Assembly: GCA_008632985.1 (NCBI GenBank)
Contig: QPGO01000101.1
Coordinates: 124,001-188,000, forward strand
Source of the DNA: Psammoneis japonica
Lineage: Eukaryota
Reading direction: 5' to 3'
DNA length: 64,000 nucleotides
Position numbers and translations under genes: made by a program. The notes below the pieces were generated by a model. That model made no database searches. It was not told the origin of the DNA and saw only the letters and a list, made by a program, of their open reading frames with translations. Of this stretch, positions 37,042-49,030 are shown piece by piece. Each line of letters begins with the position of its first letter. Position 1 is the stretch's first letter.

Positions 37042-37719
37042 GTCATCAGCGCATTGATGCCAACATGAGTTGCTCAAAGAAAAGTTGAGCTCTCATCTTG
37101 CGGCACCATTTGACAACAACAAACCTGGCACACACACAAGGCCTTTCTGCATGTTTTCACATCTCAATGTTTTCATGTCTCTGCTTTTTTGTGGTTGAAA
37201 ATTGTGCTGCAAGTTTGGGCCATGCATTTTGTGCAAAACATGGGCATTTTTTGTGCGTGTGTGCACCTGAGTCTGGCACAAGTTAAGTCAACCAAGTTCT
37301 GCACATTCCTTCAAAAAGGGAGCACAGGGTGAAACCCTCAGGCAAATGCTTTTGCGCCCACTTGCTGCATGCCATTGAGCCGCCATTGACAAAATTGCAC
37401 AACACCCCTGTTGTGTGATTGCCCTGATGCGGGTTTGTTTGCAGCCATCACTGCAGCGCAACAGCAAGTGACTTGTGAAGCTTGGCACACTCTGAAGGCA
37501 GCACCAATGGGCAAGAAGAGTGAGACAATGACAAACGCATGTGCAGCTGCAAGCAATGAGTTCATGACACAGCCCAGCGCCACCACAGAGAGGATGGCTT
37601 GCCAGAGAATCCAGAAAGAGGATGAGAAGATGAAGAAGACAGCACCAGCAATGATGAGTCAACATGTTTTGAGCATGGAAACAGGTGTGGAATGAATCAG
37701 TCAAATGATGAAAGCATGT

Positions 37720-39500
37720 TCAAGATGCAAAGCTGCCGTCAAAGTTGGAGAGCACAAGAGAACAAACAAGCAATGCAAAGGTTGGTGACATCATTGAAGA
37801 CTGGGGCAAGGAGAAAGTGATGAGCTCATGTGTCAACTGAAGAGTGGCAAAGACTTGCCACCATGACTTCTTGGATGTTGTTCTTGTCACCCTCTTGATC
37901 TCAAAGCCAGCACAAAACTCTTGGAGCAAGAGATGGTTGGTCGTGGTGTCACTGACTTTGTGACAACATGCTGAGTGTGTTGCAAAAACTTGCAGAGCAA
38001 GTGGCGCAAGTGTGAGAACTGTCAGCAGATGAGTTGTTGCTTGATGTGGAGGATCTGTCATGACAAACAAGCTCTGGCATGCTTGTGTTGCTTGATCCAT
38101 CAGTCTGCATCTCAGGGTCCTCTGGGGGTCTTTGTTGCAATTCAAAGTCCTCTGGCATCTGGCATCATCACGCAGAAGTTCTCTTCATCACAAGTGTCAT
38201 GGTTGCTGCTGTCTGATTCATGCAAACAGCCTGTTGCATCATCTGGCATCCCATGGGCATCCACTTCTTTACAAATTTCAGGTTCAATGTTGTCCTGCAT
38301 GCCAAGTCTCTCCAGCTGCAACATCCTTGGTGTTCATTGTTGTTGTTGTTTTGCACTGGGCCTCTTGCCTCCATGTCCACATGCAGTTTGGCAGTTGTCA
38401 GTGGTGCACATCTTTGGAGTTGCAGGTTGAAGTGAAAACCTTTTCTCTTGGACAGCTCTTTTCTTCTGCTGGAAGGATTCTGTTGTGGGGCAATGCATCT
38501 CCAGCTCTGCCACACCACAATTGTCACAGCATCCTGCTGACAGCTGGAATCTCTCATGCCAATCATCCAGCACGGCATGCTCTGCAACTCAAGCAAGCTC
38601 TTGGTCAGCAAGGGGGGGGGGGGGGGGGCATGTCTTCAGCTGCTGAGCCTCTCACACACAGTGTGAGGTCATTGATCTCTGCTGCTCTTGAGGCATGTTC
38701 AATGAACAGAGTGTCTCTGGGCTGGTGCATGGAGTGCAAGTGCTGCTTCTGCACCACTGCTGAATCATGTGGAAGCAGTCCTGCAGTGACTGTGTCCACT
38801 GTGGCATTAAACTGTTGGGCGGCAAGATCATTGTGGTCTTCCATCAAAGCTGTGACAGCTCTTTGGTGTCAATTTTTGACAGTGCCTTTTGTCAGGCACA
38901 GCATTTGACAATGAAGGACTGGGCCGTCAGCCCAGTGATTCAGCTCTCTGGGCTCTTGAAACATTTCAAAATGACCAGGTGCTTCTCCTCAATGTCAGCA
39001 TTGCACTGATGTGCATGGAATGCTGCAGTGTCTTTTGGCTCATCCAGACCAGATGCAACCTTGTGCTTGGTGTGGCTCTCAATGTCATCCACTTCTTTGG
39101 TGTGTGACTCATGTGACTTCACCATTGCTTGGTTGGTCATGCTGGCCTTGGTGTGTGTCTTGAGGTGATGCTCTAAAAGTGCTGCAGCATTCTGCAGTGC
39201 TGTTGCACTGGGGGGCTGTGCACGCAGGCTTTCCTTGCCTTGGGTGGGAAGCACTCAGTCTTGTTGCTGAGAGGTCATGGTGCAAAAACATTGACAAGCC
39301 GCTTTTTGATCAAAGCGTCACATGGCACAGGCCCACTGTGTGCAATTGTGGTGATTTAAGAGTCTCATTCATGAAAAGTGAGACCACAAATGTGAGAAAC
39401 TCTGGAGTGAATTTCTTGATTGGCAGACAGTGGAGTGATCTTTTTTCAGAAAATTCTGTTCTTGTTGTGCAGGGACATTCCTGGGTTCTTCTTTCAAGTG
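37720..39500 (-). mobile_element. Probable Ty3/Gypsy gag remnant
   Basis: FNATVDTVTAGLLPHDSAVVQKQHLHSMHQPRD..HASRAAEINDL resembles the diatom Gypsy gag pattern (FP..A...QK.Y....KP....R..EIN). Heavily degraded; no RT or integrase recognised. Confidence 0.4.
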
Positions 39501-39528
39501 TGGCATCCGATGGTGTCACATGGGAAAA

Positions 39529-39530
<2 letters not shown>

Positions 39531-39592
<62 letters not shown>
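39531..39592. repeat. (GA)n microsatellite
   Basis: About 31 perfect AG units. Confidence 0.95.
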
Positions 39593-39594
<2 letters not shown>

Positions 39595-40259
39595 GCCAAT
39601 GGAGACCTGCACCAAAATCAACAAAATTCCAACAAAAGAAAAAACAACCATCAGAGCAAGAGCACATGGCAGAGAAATGCATTTGCATGTTGATGCCAGC
39701 TGGCATTCTTTGAAATTTGGCAATCTCATCAGCAGAGGATCTGCACAGTCAGGAAGAGGCAACAGTGAAAGTGGCAACCATGTGTTTTGTTGCACACCAG
39801 CATTTGCAGGCTTTGCAGGTCTGCACTTGAATGGCTGACACTTGAACTTGTCTCTTTTTCCACAGCAGCATTGCTGTGTTGTCCTGTGCATGCAGCAGGC
39901 TTTGTCAACAACTTGCATGTTGCCATGGGTCAACAGAACACACATTTCTAAAGATTCTTTCTTGCTGCAAAAAAGATGCAATGGGTGTTGATCTGCTCCA
40001 TCACAGGGGCCATGTCAATGACAGTCAACTTTTGTTGGTGTCAATTGGCTCTGCACCTTCCTGAGTCCAAACGTGCACAGATCAGGGGTTGGTGCCACCC
40101 ACCATGGTGAAGCTGTCTTTTTGTGCAGATTTGCCACAATTGCACTGTGATGCTCAACAAGTCAGGATCCAATGCCAACTTGTGAGATGTCAGCTTGATG
40201 CGACTCCTCCTGTTCACAGCCAGCTGCATGGAAATGACTTGGTTTTGTTGTCAAGGTGG

Positions 40260-40800
40260 TTGGAGCCTGTGTGCTGCTGGCAACTGAGGCAGCCAGAGCC
40301 TTTTTGTCTGGTGGTGGTGGTGGTTGCCCCTCTGCTTGCTGCTGGCACTTGTGGTTTTTGCAGCTTTTTTGCTTGCCAGCAGTGGTGGCAGTGTGAGCCC
40401 ATGCACTGCTGGCAGTGGCGGCAGCAGGACCCTGTGCACAACAGCTGTTCAAGCTTTTTGTCTCTGGTGCTGGTGGAAGCAGATGCCTGTTCACTGCTGC
40501 TGTGGGAGCCTGCGCATGCTGCTGGCAATGGTGGAGGTTGGAGCATGTGTGCTGCCAGCTGTCAAAGTGGTTGGATCCTTTTTAACTGGCGGCGGCACTC
40601 ACCCCTGCATGCTGCTGGCACTGGCACTTTTGCCTTTTTTGCTGCCAGCATTGGTGGCAGTGGGGGGCTTGTTGCCACCAGTGGCTGGTGGTGGTGGGAG
40701 CCTGTGCATGGCTGCTGGCACTGGTCAAAGTGTGTGGAACTTTTTTGTCTGGTGGCAGCACCTGCCCCTGCACGCTGCTGGCACTGCTGACACTGGCAAC
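40260..40800. repeat. Degenerate minisatellite (core gagcctgtgcatgctgctggca)
   Basis: Related cores at ~40262, 40396, 40504, 40602, 40696 and 40765. Confidence 0.6.
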
Positions 40801-42988
40801 AATCAGAGCCTCTTTGTGCTGCAATGCCAGGCTTGGTGTTGATGAGAGAGAGCTGACAATGACACGCCACAACGCAACACCCAAAAAATTGTGCCAATGG
40901 GGCCATTGGCTGCTGGCAGCTTTGCATTGGAAGAATCACCAACAACAAGTCAGAACATGGATGTCTGTCATGTGCTTTGGCTGATGGTGACAGGACCTGA
41001 ATCTTCTGCTTCCATTGTGGCCAAGGGACTGGGAATGACTCTTGTTTCTGCTGCATCCCACACATGTCAAAATGTCTTGGCAATCAACCAGCTGGTCCCC
41101 AAGCCAAGACAAAAGCAGCAACACTTGAACAAGTCTTCTTGGTTGGCACAGAGCCATCCTTGAGGCCACATCTCTGGTGTGATGCTCAGGATTGTCACAG
41201 CTGCAGACTTGAAAGCTGTGCCCCATTTGTTCTTGTTTTTGAACTCAGCCACAGTTCTGAGATGGTTCTGGATTTGTGGGTGGCTTGCTCCTGGTCCAAG
41301 TGCAATGTTTGACAGGAACACTTTGTTGAGAGGGTGATGGTGGTCACTGCTGAGAAGCACGCAGTGGCAGCTGTTGTCCTTTTCACATCCCAACTCTGGC
41401 AAATGAACAAAACCTTGAGCAGCGTGTTGGTCAGCAAACATTGCTTGGGTGCCTTTGCTCCAACACAGCTCAATGTCAACAGTGGAGAGAAGCATCCATT
41501 GGCAGCACTTGTGGGCTTCTTCCGCGCAAATGCTGGAAACGATGGAGCACCAAATCCGTTGCACTTCTGGATTTTTTGTGCCAACCCATCTTGCACAACC
41601 CAGTGCAATGCCTGCACCCACCCACAAAACGTGCCTGTTTGGCATCACTTTAGCAGGCCTTCATGCTTTGCCTTCCACAACTGCACTGCAATGCTGAAAC
41701 CACCAAACAACCTCTGACAACTGCTTGGCTTTGGTGTTTGGCATTTGCTCCAATGTCACAAGATGCACTTGGACAGTCCAAACAAGACCTCAACAAATGC
41801 AATTGTTTTGCCAACACACCAATGGACAACAATGACAGAGACTGCCCCGCCCCAGAACATGCCTTGCAAACACTCAATCCTCGGTGGAAAGCTTGGCAGC
41901 CTTTTGCTTGAATGTGTCCTTGCTGTTCTGTCAGCCTTGTTCAGCTGCTTGCGGCAAACCTCCTGTGATTGCATCTCTTCCTCCAAGCCAGCAGCAACCC
42001 AGTTCATGCATTGCATGAACTTGTTTTGCTTCTTGAGCTCATCTTGTGCCATGATTTCTGCTCCATGCCAACCAAGCCAGAGTCGGGCAGAAATGCTCGC
42101 GCCATTTCTTGCTTTCTGGCCATGCTGCAACAAGCCTCTGGTGCATCTTTGGCCTGCTCCAGCTCCAGGTGATGTGCAATCCATCACACAAAAGGGCGCA
42201 GTTTGGCACATCAAGCTTTTTCAAATTTGATTTTTTCAAAAATCGAAAGGCACAAGCCCCAAGTGCACGCACGAAAACACACGAGTTTTGTGTGCACTCA
42301 CCCTTCAATTTGGGAAAAAAATTGATTTTGAGCAAGTTTGTTGTGCCAAACACACAGATGGCCAGTGATGGGAATCAAATCTCTGTGCATTGCCTGGAGC
42401 TGAAACAGGCCCTTTAGTGTGTCACGTTTTGTCATTGTGGTGCAAACAAAAGTGTGGATGCACTCTGCACCATTGTCACATTTTGTGGCACATTCACGCA
42501 AGCCTTTGTTAGTTGACAAGGGGAGAGTCTGTGGCTGGCACCAGAGGCAGTGGTGGCAGCATCTCGCGGGCAATGGAAACAATGATGTGGAGCATTTGAC
42601 GAAAAAAGACGTGGTGAGCATTTGGCGGGCGGGGTGCAACTGACGTCAAAAAGCATGCTCACCTAACTTGCACATGATGAAGCGGACATTGCTGGCACTA
42701 TGACTGACTGTACAGCACAGGCATCGCGTATGTAGAGGGCTGTTGTATCCAAAGAAACCTATTATGTAATGCCGAAACTTTACATAAGCCCTGGCTTCTT
42801 GGCTGCCGTGCCGGTAATAGGTCTACAATACCGTATTTATGTCTCCACAAAATCTTCTGCAAAAACGCGAGTTCTCGTCTCTTATCATACACTACACGAT
42901 TCACATCCCAGGTACAAATGCCACAGGCTCAAGCCTGTTTGAGCAGGCCATTGATGTTCTTGTGCATGAGCGCAAACAGCTGGTGACA

Positions 42989-45900
42989 ATGGCGTCAAAA
43001 CGTGCTGTCAGAGGCATAAGAACGCCTGTCATAGTCACACTTGCTTTTTGTTTAACTCTGGCGTCGAGAAACGCGGAAGCAATCCAAAAGGACCGTTCAT
43101 TGCTGCGCGGTGGTGAACCTGCTTTACTACGGCCAAATGGAGTGTGTGAGCACGACACCGGCATTGTTTGTCACACAGAAAACAATGGAAACGACTGTAG
43201 GATTGGCAATTGCAACAACGGAGAGAAACAAGTCTGCTACAACGATTCCATGTGTCCCAAAGAAGTCAAATGTGGAAACTATGAGGCAGGTAAATGCCAG
43301 TCCAGCATGGCGGATGTATTGAGGGAAGCGATGGATACGTCGACCGTGGCCTCGAACGTAATTATTACAGAGCTCATGCCAAACCCCAAAAAACCGGTCA
43401 GAGATGCAGATGGGGAGTACATCAAACGTGAGTGGAACGGCTTGTGGACTCACTCGTATCTCATATCAAGCATGCATTGATAATTACGCTCGTCTTACTT
43501 TCGTTCTGCTTTATAATGGCATGTTTCAGTATTTAATCCCACTGGCGCATCTATTGATTTATCTTCCTACAAGGTCTGCAATACAAAGAAAGATGGTACT
43601 CCTCGATGCACAAAGCTTGAGTCAAATCTCGCGAGCGGGTCATTCTACGTGCTCTGCCGAAACAAAGGGACGGGTCCACACGGCGACAAATGTGATATCG
43701 ATACCAACATTGCTCTGCGTAATCAGGGTGATGAGATTTGGATTGAGGATATCAGCAGTGGGGTAAAGGTAGACAAAGCTACCATTCCAAACTCGAATGG
43801 CAGAAACGCAGGAAATGTCTATATCCGAGGTTCAACATACGACGCTTTTCATGCAATATGGAGATTTGTGGCAATGGATACGGCGACTGTGGCCACGAAT
43901 GTCATATTTGCGGAACTCATGCCAAACCCGAAGAAGCCAGTCAAAGATGTAGACGGGGAATTCATTAAACGTAAGTGGAGCGGCTTGCTGCATGGGTGTT
44001 CAATCTTATTAACCACGCACGTCTTCGACGATGCTCATCAGTGATTCTGTTTTATTGCATAATGACATGCTCTAGTATTCAATCCCACTGCATCATCCAT
44101 TGATTTATCTGCCTACAAGGTCTGCAAGAAAAAGTCAGGTGGCAAGGTTCGGTGCACGAAACTTTCGTCAAATCTCACGAGCGGGTCATTCCACATATTG
44201 TGCCGAAACAAAGCAACATTTGCATACCGGTACGGCGACAATTGCGATGTCGCTACCAACATTGGCTTGCGAAATCAGGGAGACGAGATATGGATTAAGG
44301 AGATCAGCAGTGGAGTAAAGGTAGACAAAGTGACCATTCCAAACTCGAATGGTAGCAACACTGGGAAAGTCTATGTGAGAGATTCGACGAATGATAAGGC
44401 CTTCCATGCAAAGTGGAGGTTTGCGTCAATAGTGTCTCACGCAGGCAATGCGTATCCAATCAGACCTCCTTCTTCATATTCGGAAAACATTCCTTCTTCA
44501 ACAACAAGAACGTCTGTCCCGGTGAATAGAGCTCCGACTGCAGGCCCTCCATCGTCGCAATTTACTGGGCCGTTCGTAACTCCCGCAACATCGTCCGAAA
44601 TTGTCAGCATTCCCAAACCACCTCATCCGCCAATGGAGCAGTTTAGCTCTGGAGGGAATAGGAAGAAATGTCCTCACCTCCAATCAGACTTGCTAGATTG
44701 GCACAGTCCAACAACGTGGATGCAGGTAAGTGTTTGATGGCCTTAAATGCTCGTCAATGTGCAGCCAATGTCTAATCCCTCACACTTGTTCTGTTTAGAA
44801 AAAAGTACCTAGCAGCGGAGATGTGACGTTGCCCTTGAATAGTAAGGTTGTTATATCAGAAAGCATCGTTGGACAACTTGGAGTCGTTACCATTCCACGA
44901 TCTTCAGAGCTCATCATAGCTGAGAATTCAGCTAATGGGATTACCTTGAATGTCAATGGAATGGAGGTGCAGGGCGCTCTCACCGCCGGATCGCAAACTT
45001 GCCGATACGAGACGGACCTAACCATTACTTTGCATGGCTCTCGTCCTAGTGACATTGATAGATTCGGAAAGTCTCCAACGGCTACCACGACATATAAGGG
45101 GATATCTATCAATGGCGGTATCCTCAGTCTACACGGCAAACGATACTTTCCAACTTGGACCAGGTTGGCGCAGACAGCTCGGTTGGCCAGACCTACCTAC
45201 TCCTTCAAGATGCGGTCAACTGGCAGTCCGGGCATGAAATTGTCGTTACGACGACCGCGATTCACGATTCAAGTCACTGGCACCAGAACGAGGTGTTGAA
45301 AATTGAGTCCATAGACATCAATCCTGTCCCAAATGTAGGAGCCGCCGTATATCTGACAAAACCTCTCAGTCATAAACACATTGCCAACAACGGCTATCAG
45401 GCTGAGGTTGGTCTGCTCACACGCAATATCCGAGTAGAAGGCGCTGCTGCCGATTCCGAGCCAATCGACCCGGACCCAGGAACTTGTACGGGATTATCGC
45501 ATTTCGGAACCAATATGGCTCCTTGTCCAGGGACCGACAAGACTGGATTTGGAGGTCATATCATCGTCCACTCGTCTGGAAAGGGATACGTTGAAGGTAT
45601 TGAGCTGTTTCGCATGGGGCAAACCAATGTCCTCGGTCGGTATCCTATGCATTTTCATTTGCTTGGCGACTGTCCTGATTGTTACTTTCAGGATTCTTCG
45701 ATTCACAGGAGCTTTTATCGATGCATATCCATCCACGGAACTCACAATACGACTGTTTCTGAAAACGTCGCATACGACGTGATTGGCTATTGCTATTACC
45801 TAGAAGATGGCGTGGAAGAAGATAACAGGATCACCCATAACCTTGCAAGTCATATTCATCCTGTCAGCAATTACATTGCCAACAGTGAAAGTGGACAAAC

Positions 45901-47830
45901 GATACCTGTGTTCTCTCAAAGAGCTGACCTAATCAATCCTGCAGACGTGACTGCAAGCGGATATTATTTGACAAATCTCCACAACGACATAATCGGAAAC
46001 GCCGCATCTGGCGGTTGGGCCGGTTTTGCCATGCCAATTCTCCTAGCCCCGATCGGTCCACACAAGGACGTAAACATACGTCCGGCAAATCGCCTGACTA
46101 AAACCTTCAACGGCAATACAGCTCACAGCACCGGCTGGTGGTGGAGCCACGCTGGGGCCTTCTACTCGGGTGGATCGCTTTACTATTCTGATAGTGAACG
46201 GACACTCTTGGAATACAACGCGGGACGCGACCTGACGAACGGCCAGCGTCATCCATGCCTTGTTGACAAATGCGCAACTGTGAGCAACTGTAATTCTTAC
46301 TGTCAAAGTGGTGAAAGGGCGTGGTTCAAGATCAGTAATTCCAAGGTCTTCCTCACTGCAAGCCCCGGTTTAAATAGCTGGAGTGGCCGGATGGAAGTAA
46401 CCGACTTTGAAGCACATGATGTGGCACTAGGACTTGAGGCCCTCGAACCGGGCATTGGCATCAAGAATTTGCTTGTTGAGTGCAGATCCGGCGAGACATG
46501 GGTAATGCCTGGCAACGGCCCCCGCAGCGTACCAGCCAACGGTTTTTCATGGTATGACACCGGACAAGAGCATATCGTTACAAAAGCTACATTCCGCAAT
46601 TGTGGATTCCGGAATGACTTTCAACACAATGATGACTCCGTTACAAGAGGGTGTGACTCCAATCCTCTCAATGGATGTCACGCTGACTCCACTGTCTGGC
46701 GCATACCTAGCCATAGTGATCAGTTTACGCCAGAAATCATGCAGGCTACTGCCAATATTGCCTATGAAGATTGTGGTCGTAGGTTCAAGCTACACGATTG
46801 GAAGGATAACAATAGCCCTTCAAGTGTGTCTGGTAGAACACAAAATTGGATGGACACTGACGGAACTGCATCGGGTCTTGGAGAACCGGTGATGATTGGT
46901 TCAGGCCTTGCGGATGCGGGACACTGGTGGAAAGTGGAGCAAGACACAGTTCATGACCCTGATGGTCCTCTGGAATTCATACGAGTCAATAATGGGCCAG
47001 AGCGCGGTCTTGGACACGTTCGCTTCAGATGGAGAGATGATATCACCAATAGTGTCGGAGTTACGAGGTGCAAACATGGCAGGGGCTGCCCCACAATCGG
47101 CCACATTCGCCACATTGGTTCCATGTTTGATGCTAGCAAAGACCCGTCAGGTGGGCTTCCCATTACAGCGAACGCCGACGTTGCCGGCCCTGTTGGCGGG
47201 TTCGGATGGTTGCTATCGCTCAATGACGGACCTCCAAAACGGCTTCTGTTGAACAAGATTGAAGTGGATTCAAGGACACCACTCATGTTGGCAATTCAAT
47301 ATCCGGCGAATACATCATTTTCAATCGTCGCCCACGCTGCATTTTGCTCGCCTACGAACACCCACTCCTGTCAAGAAACATTTAAACGAGTGGACTCTAT
47401 CTCGCATGTTCGTTATAGCCAAGGTAATACGTATTATTTTGATGCAGCAACAAACCTCCTTTGGATACGAGTGATCCAATTCCCACAGACATTCACAGGA
47501 GATAACGTCAACAGTGAATTTGCGGAGTGGCATCTATGGAATCTTGACACGCCAGATACTCGAAGGTGGAGTCCGAATGTGTACGCTCTTGATAGATACT
47601 CATTCGATGGCATCACGCTCCCAAAGTTAAATTCCCAGAATTACCTGGAGATCATTGCGGACTGTAATGAATCCATCCCTGGACACTGCGTCCGGCCTCC
47701 TGCCTACGTCGAACCTAAAGTGTGCTCCCCTGGATATTTTCAGGTGGCCTATGACAAATGCTGCAAGAGCACCACCTCAACCGATTGTGAGGCCTTGAAG
47801 CCGCCTCCAGCTTTATCACCAACTTTCTAA
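42989..47830 (+). CDS. G8/beta-helix protein, secreted copy with a Cys-rich module and two lamin-tail-like (LTD) domains
   Basis: Signal peptide; introns 43428-43529, 43971-44075 and 44726-44798 all join in frame; two VIITELMPNP..GEYIKLFNPT..IDLSxY..LRNQGDEIWI..G.KVD repeats; G8 region as in the paralog. One base missing at ~45180. Confidence 0.85.
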
Positions 47831-49030
47831 CTAGCCTTTTTTGCACAGATTTCAGACTGAGTATCCAATCCATGTTTTGAAGACGATGGAATCCATCCAT
47901 GCTACCCACACGTCATCCACGAAGGCAACCATCATTTCTACGGCCTACCATTGGAGGCAAGGTCTGCACTTGTCAGCGATAAATCCCCTAGCCGGATGGG
48001 AGTGAATCTGTGTATGATTCGGGTACTTGATCCTTTTCTTAATTGGATCTTATCAAGCTGGGCATTCTCAAGAATGCAGAGAGCTTGTTGTTCTCCCTCA
48101 CTCTTCTTATTTTGGATGAGAGTGTCAGGCGATATCCAAGAGATTCAACAACTATCTCAAATTCCGGATGGTCCATGGTTCAGAATACCACTTACCGTAT
48201 CGGTGACTGGGACGCGTTCGAATCTATTGCTCTTTGCTGAGGGACCGCCCGCTGGTGTCCCCGTCAACTCTAGAGTAGGACATACTCTAGATTACAACCG
48301 TAGAGAACATGGCGATTCTTTACTCACACTACGTACTGTAGAGTGCAACCGTAGTGAACACAGCGATTCATTACTCACAACCTGTCGAGAGCTCTAGAGC
48401 GTTGGAGCCACCCTGCGCATAACTCTCCAAGCAATAAGGACACTTGTAACATCTTGAAATAGCATAGCATCTTACGGATTTGGAGGGTTCACTCGTGTTT
48501 TGTCGATGCGACGTCTTTGGCCCATCGCAGTAACAGCAAGTGAAGCTACGAGAACCAGAACGAGCCTTGGCAGCCTCATTCTTTCTCTTCATCAACGTTA
48601 ATTGATGATTTAAGACAGTGTTTTTGGCGGTCCTTTCATTTTTTCCCTTGTTCCTCCAAGCTTTTGCCATGTCAATCTCATGAAGCTCCTGCCATGCTGC
48701 TGCTGCCTCATCAGTGGCTTCTTCGTCCACCCTGTCTGCACCATTGGTGTGACCACTGGTTTGACTGAGGCCTTCTGGTGGGTTTTGCCCCCCTCCCATT
48801 TTTGCTGCAGGTTTCTGGTTGGCTCAGGCCAGCCCCATCTGTTCCTGAGCAAGCGCGCTTGCTGTGCAGCATGGCAGCATTCATCAGGGCCTTTTGTCAC
48901 ACCCTCTCCAGCCACCTCAGCTAGCCCTGCATCTGCCTCTGAGCTTCTTGCCTCCCAACAGCAATTGCTCTGACCATTTCTGCCAGCCATGTGTTGCTGC
49001 TGCTTCAGCCCGCCCCCAGGGTCACCACCT
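44567..49030 (+). repeat. Segmental duplication copy B (paralog ~24670-29150)
   Basis: See copy A. Confidence 0.9.

Noticed and set aside
40260..40800. CRISPR-like repeat array
   Set aside because: Units are degenerate with irregular spacing, the context is eukaryotic and no cas genes are present.
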